Part shown: positions 19,061 to 28,167 of the stretch, one piece after another
How the letters are laid out: each line of letters starts with the position of its first letter
How positions within the stretch are numbered: position 1 is the stretch's first letter
Virus record (IMG/VR): IMGVR_UViG_3300025789_000018
Source of the DNA: a virus
Lineage: Duplodnaviria; Caudoviricetes
Direction: 5' to 3' (one strand)
DNA length: 64,000 nucleotides
Position numbers and translations under genes: made by a program
Notes under the pieces: model-generated
The model's input: only the letters and a program-made list of their open reading frames with translations
What the model was told of the DNA's origin: nothing
The model's database searches: none

Positions 19061-21457
19061 TTAGAATTGGCCAACAATCGTCGAGAAGTCAACACCAGTT
19101 CTAACAGCAACGAAATTCAGCTGAATGAAGTTAATTGCTCTTGCAGGTTTGATGTAGATATCGCCAACGAACTGCTGATTATTGATAATCTGTGCAGTGT
19201 TATTGGTTGTATCACATACAATACGATAGTCTGTAATGCCTCTTCTTCCCTGAATATCTCTCAGATATGGATCAATCAGATTGATAAACTGAGTTCTTGT
19301 GAAGTCATCATTGAACTCGAATAGAGTATATTGAGCAGCCTTTTTAATTGCTTTCTCAAGAACAATGAATAGACGGCGAACGTTAATTCTATCGAATGCA
19401 CTTGGTTTAGTCGAAAGAGTTTTATCGCCGAACAGAACTGTACCTTGTCCTGGGAATGTAACAACTGGGTTAACAGCGTTTTGATATAGAAGATCACGAT
19501 CAGCTTTCTTAGGATTATAAGCAAGTTTGATTGTGTTCAGGATCTGTCCACGATTGTAGCCAGCTGGCGACCACCATGGATCGTTGGTATTATCTGTTCT
19601 TGCGCATAGACCAGCAACGTCACCGTTAAGTGGGATATAGCGATATACGTCGTTGTATTTGTCATATTGATACTTGTAACCTGTATCCATAACTGCATAT
19701 GTCGAAGAACGATTATACACGTTATTTCTGAAGTTTACAATATTTGCAGCTTCGAGGCCGACTTGGTTTACAACGTCTGACTTACGTGGAGAGATGAACG
19801 CCACGCAATCTCCGCGAGCCTGTGTGATGTTATCTGTAATATATCCTGGGATATATGCAGACGCATCAGTTCTTCCGCCAAGAACCAGAGAAATATCAAT
19901 ACTTTCTGGTGATCTGAAAAGATCGTATCCAGCAGCAATAGCTGCAGTTGCTACAGTTGTTTCGTCAGCACCATCTGAACCATAAGCGAACTGAATAGTT
20001 GTTGGTGATGCGCTAGTGACACTCGCAACAGTTCTTGTGTTTGCCGAAGCAGCTGTTGAAGCAACATCGTCGATGTTGTAAACATATACAGAGTTATCGT
20101 TGATTACCGATCTGTAATATAGAGTAGCTCCATCCGTTGTTTTGGCATCAGTGTTTCTTGACAGATTTTGGAAAGTCTCAAGAACTGTTCCTGGAATGCC
20201 TGTGAAGTATCCATAAGCATCTTGAACAACAACATGAACTTCGTCCTGTACCGATGCAGTACCGAAAGCAGCACCATATGTTGACTGGTAGATAGAAGTA
20301 CCAGGAGCGCCATTTACGTTATTGAAGAACTGCCAATAACGAGTAGCATTAGGATTTGAACCAGCGTTGTTTGCTGATGTATCGATAATGGTATTTGTCG
20401 ATAGGTTATAGTTTGTTGCAAGGTTCAGAGTAATAGCAGCAATTGAAGCGTTTACCGTTGTGTTACCAAGACTGATTGTGTTGGTTGTCTTTCCAGTAAC
20501 TTGGACGTATTGAGTACCAATTGTAGTATTACCTAGAGCAATAATGTCGCCGATTGCGATCGAGCTGTTTGCAGTGCTTTGTGCAGTTGCATTTGATACA
20601 GTCCAAGCAACAGTACTATTACCAACAGTAGCCGAACCTGTTCCAGTAAAGGTTGGTGCTACGTTTGATGTGAAGTACAGTGTTAGAGTATTGCTTCCGA
20701 TAGAAGCAAAGCCAGACATAATTGCGTTTGCTGTTACAGTTGAGTTTGCGATATTCGAAGAATATTGCTGAGAACCAGCGCAAACAGAAACAAGCAGCGA
20801 GCTACCAAGAGCGCCTGGATACTTAGCGATAAATGGCACTTTGTTGGTATCGTTAGAAAGTGGATAAGTTTTATTCTGAACAGCAGCATCATACGCTGCT
20901 CTGTTGTTAAGAATATATGAACCTAGTGGGTTCGAGATAGCAGCTGTGTTCGCAATAGCAGTGAATGGAGCAGTTGCGTTAGCAAAAAGGAAACTTACTG
21001 CTGATGCGTTAGCAGTGATATTTTGTGTTAGAGTAACAACAGAAGTAGTGGAGTTAGACGATACTGTTGAAACCTGAGTATTCGCAGGAACAATAGACGA
21101 ATATACGATATCGCCAACGTTAATAGCAGTTGTAAGCGGCAATGTAATGCTATTTGCTGCGCTATTGCTTGTTGCTGTTACTGCAGCTGATGTGCCGTTG
21201 CTTGCAGCGCGGCCAACATATAGAGCGTTGCCGTATGCAAGGAAGTTTGCGGCTGTGAAGAATGTTTCTGGGTTTAGGTTTGATGGTTTACCAAAAGTAT
21301 TAACTAATTGCGACTCTGTTCCAATTAGAACTGGAGATAGAACCGGACCCCAACGAAATAGACCCGCGATAGCTCCTGTTGTAGTAGCTACTGCAGGAAC
21401 AACGGTAGTTAGGTCAATTTCGCTTACTGTTACACCTGGGCTTATGCTGAATGCCAT
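19061..21457 (-). CDS. 18: Tail sheath protein, T4 gp18, with a Ser/Thr/Asn-rich insertion
   Basis: SPGVTVSEIDLT, FRWGP, WWSPAGYNRG, FDRINVRRLF, FEFNDDFTR, IKPARAINFI. Confidence 0.97.
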   Translation of the reverse strand: MAFSISPGVTVSEIDLTTVVPAVATTTGAIAGLFRWGPVLSPVLIGTESQLVNTFGKPSNLNPETFFTAANFLAYGNALYVGRAASNGTSAAVTATSNSAANSITLPLTTAINVGDIVYSSIVPANTQVSTVSSNSTTSVVTLTQNITANASAVSFLFANATAPFTAIANTAAISNPLGSYILNNRAAYDAAVQNKTYPLSNDTNKVPFIAKYPGALGSSLLVSVCAGSQQYSSNIANSTVTANAIMSGFASIGSNTLTLYFTSNVAPTFTGTGSATVGNSTVAWTVSNATAQSTANSSIAIGDIIALGNTTIGTQYVQVTGKTTNTISLGNTTVNASIAAITLNLATNYNLSTNTIIDTSANNAGSNPNATRYWQFFNNVNGAPGTSIYQSTYGAAFGTASVQDEVHVVVQDAYGYFTGIPGTVLETFQNLSRNTDAKTTDGATLYYRSVINDNSVYVYNIDDVASTAASANTRTVASVTSASPTTIQFAYGSDGADETTVATAAIAAGYDLFRSPESIDISLVLGGRTDASAYIPGYITDNITQARGDCVAFISPRKSDVVNQVGLEAANIVNFRNNVYNRSSTYAVMDTGYKYQYDKYNDVYRYIPLNGDVAGLCARTDNTNDPWWSPAGYNRGQILNTIKLAYNPKKADRDLLYQNAVNPVVTFPGQGTVLFGDKTLSTKPSAFDRINVRRLFIVLEKAIKKAAQYTLFEFNDDFTRTQFINLIDPYLRDIQGRRGITDYRIVCDTTNNTAQIINNQQFVGDIYIKPARAINFIQLNFVAVRTGVDFSTIVGQF

Positions 21458-21488
21458 TTTTGTCTCCTATTGAGGTCTTATTTTGTTA

Positions 21489-21496
21489 TATTTATA
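21489..21496 (-). promoter_or_regulatory. T4 late promoter TATAAATA (gp18)
   Basis: Exact motif upstream of gp18. Confidence 0.8.
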
Positions 21497-21507
21497 AAAT
21501 TCAGGAA

Positions 21508-23175
21508 TTAGAAAAGGCTGATCCAGTCTGCATAGTTCCTATCTTCAACAGTATACACCACTTCCTCATCAGGACTACCATCATCAAAAACACCAAAAGG
21601 CAGAAGATCTTCCATAATTTCTTCTTCTGTTCTATCTCTTAATTTCGTAATTGTATTTATGTCTGAATACTCTTTGAAGAAATTCTGGTCAGTAAACCAA
21701 GAAAACAATACCAAACACATAACTAAGTCGTCATGCGCTCCAGGTTCTGCTTCATAAGAGTTTCCTTTTTTAGAAAACGTAGATAATTCTCTAATTGTAT
21801 CAAAATCGTTCACAATAAATTGATTTTGTTCTACTAATAATTTCAGCATAGAACATCCAACAGACTTAACTGTTTTTGTTGTTCTAATGCCTCTTTCTGC
21901 GCCACGACCGTAACCTAATGTTACTTTTTTCCCGCCCGCTCTACCGTCATGAGCTGTGTACAAAATATTATCGTATCCATATTCATACAACACGTTATCT
22001 GCAACTTGTCCACCAATATCGTTTATTTCAACAAGCAAAGCTGCATTGTTGTATACTTTACAGATATTGTATAAAGTCTTAGAATATTCAATAGGAGTTA
22101 TCATATTGTTTCTGTATGTACATACTTGCTGATACGGCAGAGACGTTACATCAACAATTTGGAAAGCTGAATAGTCTAGACCTTTACCTCTTGACGTATC
22201 TGCAACAACAGCGTAAATATGATTTTCTTCAGGCTGTTTGTATTGATTCAACCCATCCTTTGACATCAACGGATATTGCGGAACAAGCTCTTTTAATTTC
22301 CATCCCGAAATAAGCGTACCAGAACTTCCCAAGAACTGAACATTATATTCTTGGTCAAACTTTTCCTGATCACCACCCATACCTGCAAGGGTTGATCTTC
22401 TCCACTCTTCATCTCTTCCAGGAACTCTAGACCAATGAACTTCAATAGCGTTGTAATCATTTTTGCCGTTTTGCGCTTCTGCCCAAAGTTTGTAAAAGTG
22501 ATTGAGACCATTAGGCGTAGAAACTAGAACGATCTTAGTTGTTTTACCTGATGAAATAGTAGGGAAAACTGATGTGAAGAATTCTTCCCAGTTTTCAATG
22601 AACGCAGCTTCGTCGATGAATAGAAGGTTGATTGCGTAACCACGAATCGCTGAGGCTGACGTAGCAGATGCGATAACACGAGAATTATTTTCTAATTGGA
22701 AAGATCTTTTGTTCCATTCAATAACACCCTGTTGTAGCCATTTTGGTAGATGCTCATACGCTAACTGAACTTTGCCAAGAATTTCCTGAGCAGTTTCAGC
22801 TTTGTTGGCGAGAATAGCCACGTTCTTTTCAGGGTGGAACAATATGTACCAAAGAATAAATCCGCAGGTTGTTGTTGACTTGCCGACCTGACGAGCAGTT
22901 GTGATGATAGTATGGCGATTGTCTGCCATACTTTCGACCATTTCTTTCTGGAAATCATACATCTTGAACGGCACTAGACCTTCATCGACATTGATGATTT
23001 TCATGTATGTTTCAATAAAGTAGGTTACATCTTGAGAACACTTGATGTATTCTTTAACTAATTCTGGAGTCCACTCAACAGAAACATTAGTTCTTTTTAG
23101 GTTTGAATTTCCTTGATACCCTGTATAACCATGAATTACTGCATTAACAGAATTGCTCGAAGAATTTGCTGTCAT
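21508..23175 (-). CDS. 17: Terminase large subunit, T4 gp17
   Basis: ARQVGKST, LLFIDEAAF, VSTPNG, DTSRGKGLDYS, HDDLVM. Confidence 0.97.
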   Translation of the reverse strand: MTANSSSNSVNAVIHGYTGYQGNSNLKRTNVSVEWTPELVKEYIKCSQDVTYFIETYMKIINVDEGLVPFKMYDFQKEMVESMADNRHTIITTARQVGKSTTTCGFILWYILFHPEKNVAILANKAETAQEILGKVQLAYEHLPKWLQQGVIEWNKRSFQLENNSRVIASATSASAIRGYAINLLFIDEAAFIENWEEFFTSVFPTISSGKTTKIVLVSTPNGLNHFYKLWAEAQNGKNDYNAIEVHWSRVPGRDEEWRRSTLAGMGGDQEKFDQEYNVQFLGSSGTLISGWKLKELVPQYPLMSKDGLNQYKQPEENHIYAVVADTSRGKGLDYSAFQIVDVTSLPYQQVCTYRNNMITPIEYSKTLYNICKVYNNAALLVEINDIGGQVADNVLYEYGYDNILYTAHDGRAGGKKVTLGYGRGAERGIRTTKTVKSVGCSMLKLLVEQNQFIVNDFDTIRELSTFSKKGNSYEAEPGAHDDLVMCLVLFSWFTDQNFFKEYSDINTITKLRDRTEEEIMEDLLPFGVFDDGSPDEEVVYTVEDRNYADWISLF

Positions 23176-23588
23176 TATTCACCTATCTCGCCTTTCAATA
23201 ATTTCTGTAACGCCGCAGTACTTCCGACAAACAGATTGTTATTTACCGTTCCTGGATTGTTTGGTGATGCAGCTGGTGCTTGCTTTTCAATTTCTTTAAT
23301 TTGCTTACTTAATGCAAGAAGCTCTTTGTTTGCGCTCACTAATTCTTTCATCATAGTAGCCACTACCTCATACGCGCGAGGATGTTGTGTCTGCGTAGCA
23401 AAATCAATCATATCGCCCAGAGCCTCAGCACCATCTTCAATGATGCTTCTAAGATTTTCTCTTGCATAATTAAAATCATCAACCGCTGCATTTCCTGTTG
23501 CTTCAGGAGTTTCTACGATTTCTTTTTCAATTTTCGCAGGAAGCGGTGATACATTTAGAATTTTGCTTATGTTTTCAGTGTTTGCCAT
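23175..23588 (-). CDS. 16: Terminase small subunit, T4 gp16
   Basis: DFNYARENL, HPRAYEV, NNNLFVGSTAALQKLL; upstream of gp17. Confidence 0.92.
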   Translation of the reverse strand: MANTENISKILNVSPLPAKIEKEIVETPEATGNAAVDDFNYARENLRSIIEDGAEALGDMIDFATQTQHPRAYEVVATMMKELVSANKELLALSKQIKEIEKQAPAASPNNPGTVNNNLFVGSTAALQKLLKGEIGE

Positions 23589-24397
23589 TATAAGTTTTCC
23601 GTAAAGTCATAAATGAATCCATAATTTGAATTAGCTTGTATTAGATTTCTTGCAATCGATAGTGATGCATTGGTTGTTGGAGTACCGTTAGCAAGTTGTC
23701 CTGGAGTTATTGTAGAAGTGAATACAGGAGTTGTGTTAGAAGTTACAATTGTATCATCATAAAGATTAGTAATAGCCTGTGTGATGACACCACCCTTACT
23801 CGTTGGACCGTATAGATAACCTTTAAGAGTAAATTCTAAAGTCCATACAATCGCTCTTCTATTTTCAAACCCGTTTTCATAATTATCTTCCATGCTAACA
23901 GATTTAATAACAACAGGAATATCCATTGAGATATTCATTTCAGGGATTATGTTTATAGTTGCTGTCCACTCTGGTTTAAAGAATGGCAAAATTTGTTCAA
24001 TTATCTGTGTTCCATCATCAGCATTTCTGGTCATTACTGACATAGTAATATCAAAATCGTAAGGCACAGGATTAAACTGTGTCAAAAATGTTGATGCATC
24101 TCCAGAAAGATTTTTATTTCTTGAGATTGATGTTAGTTTTCTCTCTTCAGCATATCTAAAACTTTTAATTTCAAACGAAATTCTAGGAAGAATAGTATCA
24201 ATTTGTCTCAACAGATCAGGATTCTGTTCTATGCGTGTGAGATATCTTTCTCTAGGTCCATAGGCAATAGGAACATTTATTTCATTAAGAAGATTTCCTG
24301 AGGAATCAAATCTCTGAACAGTGATGTCATTAAACAGCGTACCAAATAGGACGATGTATTTTCTTATTGTGCCAAAATAGTACGTATATCCAAACAT
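23588..24397 (-). CDS. 15: Tail sheath stabiliser / terminator, T4 gp15
   Basis: YFGTIRKYIVLFGTLFND, VPIAYGP, LPRISFE, QIIEQILPFF. Confidence 0.93.
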   Translation of the reverse strand: MFGYTYYFGTIRKYIVLFGTLFNDITVQRFDSSGNLLNEINVPIAYGPRERYLTRIEQNPDLLRQIDTILPRISFEIKSFRYAEERKLTSISRNKNLSGDASTFLTQFNPVPYDFDITMSVMTRNADDGTQIIEQILPFFKPEWTATINIIPEMNISMDIPVVIKSVSMEDNYENGFENRRAIVWTLEFTLKGYLYGPTSKGGVITQAITNLYDDTIVTSNTTPVFTSTITPGQLANGTPTTNASLSIARNLIQANSNYGFIYDFTENL

Positions 24398-25131
24398 TAG
24401 AAAGTTCCTCCTTCACTAAACGGATCTTTAATCGAGAAATCAATAAAGCCGCTTGCTGTGTTTTGGAAGAATTCATTCTCTTGTCCAAACAATGGATTGT
24501 CTGGTTGATTTGATCCGAAGTTTTCTGTTACAAATGGTTCAGATGCTTCAGAAGTAATGCCGGTATTTGATTCGGTATCTATTGATCCACCAGTTGCCTT
24601 TTGTGAATAATTGTTTGAGACTTGGTCAATGACATCGACACCAGTATCGAAAGTTTCGCTGCTGTAGTTGAATTTCTCGCAACGCAATTCATAGTGCTGT
24701 AGAGCACCAGTTTGATAGAAAGTTGACTCGTGTTCTACAAACTTGATTTCAAAAATCCCTGTTGTGAATGGGAAATACAACAGATCACCTTCGCGCGGAC
24801 GAGCGAAATTATACTGTCTTCCAACTTCTTCATCAAATCTACGACGAGCAACACACATAGTAAGTGTATCACCAACCATTAGCCCAAATTTAGACATCAG
24901 ATCACCATCACCACCGAATCCAGCATAATCTTTAAGATACATTTCAATCTGTATTGCATTGTCAAACTTAGAAGAAGAATCTTCACCAAACAACTCATCC
25001 AAGTTTACATGAGTTCTTGGCATATAATATACGTCAATACCATGCATCTTAATCATCTCTGTAGCGAGATCATTAAGGAGGTTTTGTTCTCCGTTGAATC
25101 CGTAAAGGTTAAAGAATGGATTAGTTGGCAT
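24397..25131 (-). CDS. 14: Neck protein, T4 gp14
   Basis: EMIKMHGIDVYYMPR, RPREGDLLYFP, FEIKFVEHE, FYQTG. Confidence 0.93.
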   Translation of the reverse strand: MPTNPFFNLYGFNGEQNLLNDLATEMIKMHGIDVYYMPRTHVNLDELFGEDSSSKFDNAIQIEMYLKDYAGFGGDGDLMSKFGLMVGDTLTMCVARRRFDEEVGRQYNFARPREGDLLYFPFTTGIFEIKFVEHESTFYQTGALQHYELRCEKFNYSSETFDTGVDVIDQVSNNYSQKATGGSIDTESNTGITSEASEPFVTENFGSNQPDNPLFGQENEFFQNTASGFIDFSIKDPFSEGGTF

Positions 25132-25711
25132 CAGCAGGTTTTTTCATTTTAATGTGGCCCAAATAATATTTCTTATGCCATTCTGCAGATTGTTCTGGTG
25201 TTAATCTGACTTCTGCTGATGCATATGGGTGTGTTGCATTTCTTTTGTTTGACATAAAGTCGCTTTTTTGTTGGTCAAATCTTTTTTTATTTTTCAGATT
25301 TTGTCTTGGAGTCAACCCAACAGTTTTATTTTCATTTCCTGCAAAATTAGTATCTTCTAACGCCTTTCGTACAAGATGTTTAGGCACTTTCATCACATGA
25401 ATATCTCTTTTTTCATCTGGAAGACGGCTTACTTTTTTCCTTTTTCCTGCCTTTGCTTGGCCTTCTTCTGTATAAGCATAAGCCTTTGCTGTATTTGGGT
25501 CAAACGCATGTGAAACCATTCCTGTTGTTGGATCTGGACGAACAATGCCATGTTTTTTTATACTATCTCTATGCTCTTCAGATGCTCCATGATACAAATA
25601 CATATGATCTCCATCGTCATCATCATGTATAGAGTGTAAAGACCCTTTTCTATAATGAGCTTTATATTGTTTCGTTTCTTCTTCACTAAGGAATTGTTTA
25701 AATGATCTCAT
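25121..25711 (-). CDS. ADP-ribosyltransferase-fold protein with a capsid-targeting-like N-terminus
   Basis: MRSFKQFLSEE N-terminus; LYHGAS...SIKKHGI, AFDPNTAKAYA and AEVR resemble the H-Y-E ART core. Start set at ATG 25711, after the gp13 stop. Confidence 0.6.
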   Translation of the reverse strand: MRSFKQFLSEEETKQYKAHYRKGSLHSIHDDDDGDHMYLYHGASEEHRDSIKKHGIVRPDPTTGMVSHAFDPNTAKAYAYTEEGQAKAGKRKKVSRLPDEKRDIHVMKVPKHLVRKALEDTNFAGNENKTVGLTPRQNLKNKKRFDQQKSDFMSNKRNATHPYASAEVRLTPEQSAEWHKKYYLGHIKMKKPADAN

Positions 25712-25715
25712 AGAA

Positions 25716-26456
25716 TTACCCAATCATATCTGCCAGCGGCAGGCTGTAATCGTTAATCATTTCGTGCTCTAATGCATCAATTTCTTTAGTGGCTTCATCA
25801 TAGATCTTTTCAGCATTAAACTTCATTCCGCCAGGAAGAGCAACATCACGATATTTAATTAGATTTTCACCCCACTGCTTTTTGATAAGAGCAGTAGCAT
25901 AACGACAAAGCCAACGGTCGCCCCACGCCTTTGAGTATACATTAGGATCAATTACTTGATACGCTTCAATTATCATATACTCGCCCACATTAATTGCTGT
26001 CCAGTCCATATCAACATACAAAATACTACTATGGCGGTTATATCGTAAAGGCTGTTGTCCGACCAACATTTGTTCTAGGAATTGAATGTTTTGCATGGCC
26101 AGATAATATGGGACCATAGTTGTTGCAGTAAGGTCATACAAATCGTTTAATGCGATCTGATAACGAATATTGAACAAATTGTTTGTTGACAAATTTTGCC
26201 CAATAGGATAGATGTTAACAACACCGATGATATTATCTGGCATTGTGATGTATCTATTGACTTTATCTTGAGCAGTGACCTGATATTTGTAATATGTTTT
26301 ATCAGTACCATCATAATGATAGTCCCAAAAGTATTTTAGAGCATCATCAACGCGATCATCAACTTGATCGTCATCTACGTTGATTTCTATAACTGGTTTA
26401 CCAAGTCTACGTAGACAATATTCTACAAACGATGGTCTATCTGTTGGTACTGCCAT
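25716..26456 (-). CDS. 13: Neck protein, T4 gp13
   Basis: YCLRRLGKPVIEINVDDDQVDDR, WLCRYATALIKKQWGENL. Confidence 0.95.
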   Translation of the reverse strand: MAVPTDRPSFVEYCLRRLGKPVIEINVDDDQVDDRVDDALKYFWDYHYDGTDKTYYKYQVTAQDKVNRYITMPDNIIGVVNIYPIGQNLSTNNLFNIRYQIALNDLYDLTATTMVPYYLAMQNIQFLEQMLVGQQPLRYNRHSSILYVDMDWTAINVGEYMIIEAYQVIDPNVYSKAWGDRWLCRYATALIKKQWGENLIKYRDVALPGGMKFNAEKIYDEATKEIDALEHEMINDYSLPLADMIG

Positions 26457-26475
26457 ACTCGTATGTCCTTTTTTA

Positions 26476-26483
26476 TATTTATA
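26476..26483 (-). promoter_or_regulatory. T4 late promoter TATAAATA (gp13)
   Basis: Exact motif 20 nt upstream of the gp13 ATG. Confidence 0.8.
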
Positions 26484-26487
26484 CTAC

Positions 26488-27165
26488 TTATGCGTATGTA
26501 ATAATAACTTGTCCGTTTGCCCCAGAACCCTGATAGTTTGTTCCTGTTGCTCCTATACCAACAATAATACTTAAACTAGTTCCTGGAGTAACTGTATTCG
26601 TGATTGTTTTGGTATATCCACCTCCACCTCCACCGCCACCTGCGCTGCCAACAGGAGTACCGTGTGGCTCGTTATATCTTGATCCGCCACCACCGCCTGC
26701 TCCTGGGACTGTTCCGGGTAACCCAGAAGCAAACCCCAATCCAGCATATGCCCCAGCTCCTCCTGTTCCTCCAGCAACTGAACCTGTTATACCGTTTCCG
26801 CCGGATCCACCAACAGCACCAGCACCATCACCATTACCGCCTGCATTACCTGTTGTATTTAATGTTGTTCCTCCAGAAGAAGTTCCTCCATTTCCTCCAG
26901 GAACAGGAGAATTTGTAGATCCTATAGAACCGCCGCTTCCTCCACCAGAAGTCATTGCAGATAAACCGCTTCCTGTTACAGAAGAATATCCGCCTGAAGT
27001 TCCGGAATTTATCGGATCTCCTCCTGATCCCCCAGCACCCCAAACTTCAATTGTCAGAGTTGTGTATCCAAACGGAACAGTAAATGATGAGTTTGATGTA
27101 AATACCTGCGACCCTGCTTTAAAAGGAACAGCTCCAGACAAAACAACCATTTGAATACCACTCAT
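26488..27165 (-). CDS. Glycine-rich fibre/tip protein
   Basis: FTVP...IEVWGAGGSGG...GGGGGGY...IIVG...GANGQVIITY glycine-rich-domain pattern. Start moved to ATG 27165 (MSGIQMV), after the upstream stop. Confidence 0.7.
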   Translation of the reverse strand: MSGIQMVVLSGAVPFKAGSQVFTSNSSFTVPFGYTTLTIEVWGAGGSGGDPINSGTSGGYSSVTGSGLSAMTSGGGSGGSIGSTNSPVPGGNGGTSSGGTTLNTTGNAGGNGDGAGAVGGSGGNGITGSVAGGTGGAGAYAGLGFASGLPGTVPGAGGGGGSRYNEPHGTPVGSAGGGGGGGGYTKTITNTVTPGTSLSIIVGIGATGTNYQGSGANGQVIITYA

Positions 27166-27166
27166 A

Positions 27167-28090
27167 TTATGATATCCCAGAACCACCAACAAACCATCTA
27201 TCCGCAGCAACACGTATACATGTAGCAACAGCGCCAGGAGATAATGTTCTATTTCCTGTTGTTGTTGTTCCTGATAACTGAAGAGAAACACCAGTTCCTC
27301 CTGCTATTGTTATTATTCCTGTGTTTCCATTAATTATCGTAATAGCAGCTCCATTTGAATATGCTGCATTTAAGTTATTTGCAACAGTATATGTTAAAGA
27401 AGCTGAGTTTGATGCATTAAAAATATGACCACCTGCATCTGTTAATACAGTTGTATAATTGCTATTTTGAATATTCTGTGGAATATCGCGATAACCAATA
27501 GAAAATGCACCAGCTCCGTAATTTATTGTACTTCCTGTTCCTGTGAAATTTAAGTTTCCTGCAATTGTGTAATTTGCTGTTGTGTTTACGTAAGATGATG
27601 CTGGGGCTGTACCAAGATATGTTGCATTATTTGCTGCGGCAGCTGTTCCTGATGTGCTATTTACATACCCATAAGATGCTAGTGTTGTTGCGTTAATCAC
27701 TGCAGAAGCAGGTGTTGTTCCAAGATAAGACGCCGAATTCGCTGATATTGTTGCAATGTAAGAAGGATTAACAGTTATTGTACCGGAACTGTTTGTTAAT
27801 CCTGTGCTAAACGTATAATTGGTTGGGCCTGTTATAGCTCCCCAATAAGGAGATCCTGTAGATCCATTGGAATACAGTACATATCCTTGTGAACCGTTAC
27901 TTCCATTAGCAACCAATGTTGATCCAAGAGTAAAGCTTCCAGTTATATTTGCCGCTCCATTAATTTTGAACGCGACACCACTATCTACTGAATTTGTGTT
28001 TATTCCTACTTGGCCTGATCCACCAGCAGCAAAAATTAGGTTTGTATTAACAATAAGTCCGTTGCGTACTTTAAAATCGACATCTGTCAT
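27167..28090 (-). CDS. Fibre-like virion protein
   Basis: MTDVDFKVRNGL N-terminus, S/T/N/G-rich stalk, C-terminal RDIPQN...WFVGG beta domain; lies in the fibre cluster. Confidence 0.7.
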   Translation of the reverse strand: MTDVDFKVRNGLIVNTNLIFAAGGSGQVGINTNSVDSGVAFKINGAANITGSFTLGSTLVANGSNGSQGYVLYSNGSTGSPYWGAITGPTNYTFSTGLTNSSGTITVNPSYIATISANSASYLGTTPASAVINATTLASYGYVNSTSGTAAAANNATYLGTAPASSYVNTTANYTIAGNLNFTGTGSTINYGAGAFSIGYRDIPQNIQNSNYTTVLTDAGGHIFNASNSASLTYTVANNLNAAYSNGAAITIINGNTGIITIAGGTGVSLQLSGTTTTGNRTLSPGAVATCIRVAADRWFVGGSGIS

Positions 28091-28167
28091 TTCGGTTCCC
28101 TTTCCCCGATTATGTTACTTTTGTTATATTATATAGCTACAATCACTAAAAACACTCATCATAATTT

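Noticed and set aside
5145-23175. Introns or inteins in gp46, uvsW, gp23, gp20 or gp17
   Set aside because: All are uninterrupted, of normal length, and show no intein C/HN motifs or embedded homing domains
26571-27154. Pro-rich plus-strand ORFs (26600-27154, 26604-26918) and alternate minus-frame ORFs
   Set aside because: Antisense or off-frame shadows of the Gly-rich gene (GGN codons read as CCN); no RBS or promoter support
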